Shown here one piece after another: positions 60,681 through 64,000 of a stretch of 64,000 bases of DNA (position 1 is the first letter of the stretch; the number at the start of each line of letters is the position of its first letter). Origin of the DNA: an uncultured Planctomycetales bacterium (GTDB lineage Bacteria > Omnitrophota > Gorgyraeia > Gygaellales > Profunditerraquicolaceae); the NCBI GenBank assembly GCA_964603585.1, contig CAZRVK010000001.1, positions 271,856 through 335,855 on the forward strand, given 5' to 3'. The position numbers and the translations under genes are program-made. A model generated the notes under the pieces. That model saw only the letters and a program-made list of their open reading frames with translations, was not told the origin of the DNA and made no database searches.

Positions 60681-61442
60681 TTACCTGAACTGCTCAATAG
60701 TTTCAGTGATCGGGCCTTTGGCCAGGCCATTTATAAACTGTTTAACTACCGGATGTTGGCTATCCTGAATCTCAACAGGAGTTCCTTCCGCGATAATCCT
60801 GCCCTGATACATCATCGCGATCCTGTCGGCGATCTTATAGGCGCTCTTCATGTCATGTGTCACCACAACAGAAGTAACTTTCAATTTATCATGTAAAGCC
60901 TTAATCAACTCGTTGATACTGTCCGCCGATATCGGATCAAGCCCGGTGGTCGGTTCATCATAAAGTATTATCTCTGGCCTGCCGCAAATCGCCCTGGCAA
61001 GAGCCACACGCTTTTTCATCCCGCCGCTTAATTCTGACGGCATAAGATTAGCGATACCGCACAACCCGACTGAACAAAGAGCCTCTTCGACCTTCTCCAG
61101 GAATTCCTGATGAGGAACATGCTGATGCTCAATTAAATTAAAACCAACATTCTCTCCAACAGTCAAGGAATCAAAAAGCGCACTTCCCTGAAAAACCATA
61201 TTGATCTTCATACGTAAACCATTCAAACCTTTTTCATCAAGGCCAGATACATTAAGACCGTCAATATTGATCGTGCCTTTATCCGGTTTAAATAAACCGA
61301 TAATATGCTTCAGGAGAACAGACTTGCCACACCCGGAACGGCCGATAATCACACAGGTCGAACCGGTATTAATATTAAGATTGAGCTCATCCAAAACCTT
61401 GTGATTGCCAAAAGTCTTACTAACCCCGGAGATCTCTATCAT
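60681..61442 (-). CDS. mlaF: MlaF ABC transporter ATP-binding protein
   Basis: Walker A GRSGCGKS, signature LSGGM, Walker B ILYDEP. Start at MIEISGVSK. Confidence 0.8.
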   Translation of the reverse strand: MIEISGVSKTFGNHKVLDELNLNINTGSTCVIIGRSGCGKSVLLKHIIGLFKPDKGTINIDGLNVSGLDEKGLNGLRMKINMVFQGSALFDSLTVGENVGFNLIEHQHVPHQEFLEKVEEALCSVGLCGIANLMPSELSGGMKKRVALARAICGRPEIILYDEPTTGLDPISADSINELIKALHDKLKVTSVVVTHDMKSAYKIADRIAMMYQGRIIAEGTPVEIQDSQHPVVKQFINGLAKGPITETIEQFR

Positions 61443-61444
61443 TT

Positions 61445-62290
61445 TTATGGAAAAATAAAATAAAATAGCGCAGTAAAAAAACAATCCGCTGCGATAATCA
61501 TAATAAAACTTACAACCACCGCCTTAGTGGTTGCTCGGCCTACACCTTCAGCACCGCCTTCTACATTAAACGCCTGGTAACAGCTGATAAGAGCAATGAT
61601 CATGCCAAAGAATATAGTCTTAAATAAACCTGTAAATATATCCTTGTATTTTAAGGCATCAAAGGTAACATGCACATACATACTGGAAGCTATCCCAAGT
61701 TTATACACACAGATCAGGTAACTACCCAATATACCAATCGCATCGGCAAACACCGTTAATAAAGGAAGCATTACCGCTAAAGCTAAAAACCGGGGAACAA
61801 CCAGATATTTGATCGGATTAGTAGCCAGGGTTTCCAAGGCATCTATCTGCTCGGTAACCTGCATTGATCCAAGTTCTGCGGTGATCGCAGCCCCTACCCT
61901 GCCGGCAACCACCAATGCGGTAATCACCGGGCCAAGTTCCCTGACCAGGGATAACGCGACAAGGCTGGCGATATATATCTCGGATCCAATGCGCTGCATA
62001 AAATATGCGGTTTGCAGCGCAAAAATAAACCCGATAAATAAGCTTACCAAGGCCACGATCGGCAAACTATCCAGCCCGGCTTTTTTTGCCTGTTCAAATA
62101 TCCTGTCTTTCTGAAAAGGCGGGGTAAAAGTCAAGTAAACTGTCTGCGCAGTCAAACTCGAGAGGCCTCCGATAAAATACATGCAGGATATTATAGACCG
62201 GCCTAAATTGATAAAAAAGTGATTTATCGCCACTAAAGATTCCCCTTTAAACGGTTTTAGACTAAAGAAGTCAAGGTTTATTCGACACAC
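61445..62290 (-). CDS. mlaE: MlaE ABC transporter permease
   Basis: Permease with ~5 TM segments and the MlaE/Ttg2B family signature. Confidence 0.8.
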   Translation of the reverse strand: MCRINLDFFSLKPFKGESLVAINHFFINLGRSIISCMYFIGGLSSLTAQTVYLTFTPPFQKDRIFEQAKKAGLDSLPIVALVSLFIGFIFALQTAYFMQRIGSEIYIASLVALSLVRELGPVITALVVAGRVGAAITAELGSMQVTEQIDALETLATNPIKYLVVPRFLALAVMLPLLTVFADAIGILGSYLICVYKLGIASSMYVHVTFDALKYKDIFTGLFKTIFFGMIIALISCYQAFNVEGGAEGVGRATTKAVVVSFIMIIAADCFFTALFYFIFP

Positions 62291-64000
62291 TCAAACAACA
62301 ACTCTTCATTCTTGCGTAGGACCTTAACACGCGAACCGTCTTTAAACCTTTTCGAGATTATATCCGTTGCCAAAGGATCTTCCATCAGCCTTTGGATTGT
62401 TCTCTTTAAAGGCCGGGCGCCGAATACCGGATCAAAACCCTTCTCGATCAACAACTCTTTTGCCTCCAGAGTGACATCAAGAGAAATATTCTGCTCTTTA
62501 AGACGGGTAGAAACATGCCCGATCTCTATATCAATGATCCCTAACAGATCCTCTTTAACCAACGGCCTAAAAACAATGATATCATCGATACGATTAACAA
62601 ACTCCGGCTTAAAGGTACGCTTGACCTCTTCCAACAACTTATCCTTCATCTCCTGATAAGTAACCTCTTCTTTTTGAGTTCTAAACCCCAAAGAACCGGT
62701 TTTACGTATCAATTCAGCCCCTACATTAGAGGTCATGATAATCAGGGTATTACGAAAATCCACCTTGCGGCCAAAACTGTCTGTAAGCCTTCCATCCTCA
62801 AAAACCTGTAAAAGCAAATTAAAAACATCCGGATGCGCTTTTTCTATTTCATCCAGCAGGATCACCGCATACGGCCGTCGCCTGACCCTTTCCGTAAGCT
62901 GTCCGCCCTCCTCGTATCCTACATATCCCGGAGGTGCACCAACAAGACGGGAGACATTGAACTTTTCCATGTACTCGGACATATCCAGCTGCAGGATCGC
63001 ATCTTCGTCCCCGAACATAAATTCCGCCAAGGCCCGGGCCAGCAAGGTTTTGCCTACCCCTGTAGGGCCGAGAAAAACAAAAGATCCGATCGGACGGCGT
63101 GGGTCTTTGATCCCTGCCCGGGAGCGCCTGATGGCATGTGCGATCGCACTGATCGCCTCCGACTGGCCAACCACATGTTTCTTTAATTCTTCCTCTATTT
63201 TTAAAAGCTTCTCGCTTTCCTTCTCTTCTAACCGGAATATCGGTATCCCGGTCCATTGTGCGACCAGTTTTGCGATATCCTCTTCGTTCACTTCAGGGCG
63301 CATTTTATCTTTAGTCTGCGACCATTCCCGGTTCAATTGCTCTAACTCCTGGCGCGCCTGCCTTTCCTGGTCGCGCAATCCTGCTGCACGCTCAAAATCC
63401 TGTGATTTGATGAACGATTCTTTTTCTTTACGGATAGACTCAACTTTCGCTTCAAGGGCTTTTATCTCCGGAGGCACGATCAAAACATTAAGCCGGGCGC
63501 GGCTTCCCGCCTCATCGATCAAGTCTATCGCCTTATCCGGCAGGAACCTGCCAGAGATATACCGATCAGATAATTTTGCTGCTGCCTCCAAGGCATCGTC
63601 ACGAAATGTCACCCGGTGATGCGCCTCATATTTATCACGCAAACCTTTAAGTATCTCCACGGTCTGCGGAACAGACGGAGGCTCTACCATGATCGTCTGG
63701 AACCTGCGCTCCAGAGCGGCATCTTTCTCGATATATTTACGGTATTCATCCATCGTCGTAGCACCAATACACTGTATTTCTCCGCGCGAAAGCGATGGTT
63801 TAAGGATATTGGACGCATCTATCGCCCCTTCTGCCGCTCCTGCCCCCACTAAAGTATGCAGTTCATCTATGAAGATCACCACATCTTGAGAACGCTTGAT
63901 CTCCTCCATAACAGCTTTTATTCTTTCCTCGAACTGTCCGCGGTATTTTGTCCCGGCAACCATCAAAGCAAGATCCAAAACAACGATCCTTTTATTCCGC
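62278..64000 (-). CDS. clpC: ATP-dependent Clp protease ATP-binding subunit ClpC. C-terminal ~565 aa only; the gene continues beyond the window end
   Basis: AAA+ D1 sensor region, UVR-like middle domain ([15 protein letters not shown]), complete D2 with Walker [10 protein letters not shown]-terminal ClpB_D2-small. Confidence 0.85.
   Translation of the reverse strand, partial: RNKRIVVLDLALMVAGTKYRGQFEERIKAVMEEIKRSQDVVIFIDELHTLVGAGAAEGAIDASNILKPSLSRGEIQCIGATTMDEYRKYIEKDAALERRFQTIMVEPPSVPQTVEILKGLRDKYEAHHRVTFRDDALEAAAKLSDRYISGRFLPDKAIDLIDEAGSRARLNVLIVPPEIKALEAKVESIRKEKESFIKSQDFERAAGLRDQERQARQELEQLNREWSQTKDKMRPEVNEEDIAKLVAQWTGIPIFRLEEKESEKLLKIEEELKKHVVGQSEAISAIAHAIRRSRAGIKDPRRPIGSFVFLGPTGVGKTLLARALAEFMFGDEDAILQLDMSEYMEKFNVSRLVGAPPGYVGYEEGGQLTERVRRRPYAVILLDEIEKAHPDVFNLLLQVFEDGRLTDSFGRKVDFRNTLIIMTSNVGAELIRKTGSLGFRTQKEEVTYQEMKDKLLEEVKRTFKPEFVNRIDDIIVFRPLVKEDLLGIIDIEIGHVSTRLKEQNISLDVTLEAKELLIEKGFDPVFGARPLKRTIQRLMEDPLATDIISKRFKDGSRVKVLRKNEELLFECVE

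Noticed and set aside
62735-63619. 294-aa plus-strand ORF (Ser/Pro/Arg-rich), plus overlapping ORFs at 62833..63186 and 62849..63256
   Set aside because: They are antisense or out of frame inside the strongly conserved clpC coding region. The low-complexity composition is typical of antisense translation of an AAA+ gene.

Overview
The window is a gene-dense chromosomal segment, about 90% coding and mostly on the minus strand. It comes from a low-GC diderm bacterium, since LptF/G and MlaDEF are present. Gene content and fusion patterns suggest an uncultivated lineage, but no taxon can be assigned from the sequence. Most of it is conserved housekeeping: rbfA and a DHH phosphoesterase, a CCA-adding enzyme, xerD, ligA, an rpsO-pnp-ftsK-rodZ-rimO-pgsA-pgpA block, the cluster tmk-holB-PSP1/yaaT-metG-tatD, the cluster cysS-cysE-ispF-ispD-yacL-radA with mlaDEF inserted before clpC, and alr-tsaB-tsaE-thiL. 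Accessory-looking content:
- A type IV pilus cluster at 6.7-14.8 kb (pilB, pilC, a GspG-like pseudopilin, pilA, a pilM-pilN fusion, pilO and a PilP-like protein). A 518-aa TMTC-type GT-C/TPR membrane protein sits directly between pilA and pilMN, which makes it a candidate pilin glycosyltransferase. No secretin, prepilin peptidase or pilT is present.
- Directly upstream of pilB, a signalling block of two CheY-like receiver proteins and an 1177-aa sensor kinase (7TM, Cache, two PAS, HisKA/HATPase, degenerate GGDEF-like tail with NSGEY). Next to it lie tRNA-Pro(CGG) with tandem duplicated copies of its own 3' end, then an orphan double-receiver protein and a CBS-pair protein.
- A riboflavin operon (ribBA-ribH-nusB-PHP phosphoesterase-ribD-ribE) behind an FMN riboswitch. 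The riboswitch carries an unusually large structured insertion containing an internal tandem duplication.
- A receiver-OPRTase fusion gene preceded by about 2.8 copies of a 45-bp hairpin-forming tandem repeat.
- An in-frame Maf-M48 lipoprotein peptidase fusion.
- Two plus-strand genes (cinA-C, comF) with perfect sigma70 promoters placed so the transcripts would be leaderless.
- A 29-bp GC-rich palindromic motif shared by two divergent promoter regions that both flank receiver-domain genes.
No CRISPR array, rRNA or obvious transposon was seen. Coordinates of small non-ORF features come from manual counting and may be off by 1-2 nt.
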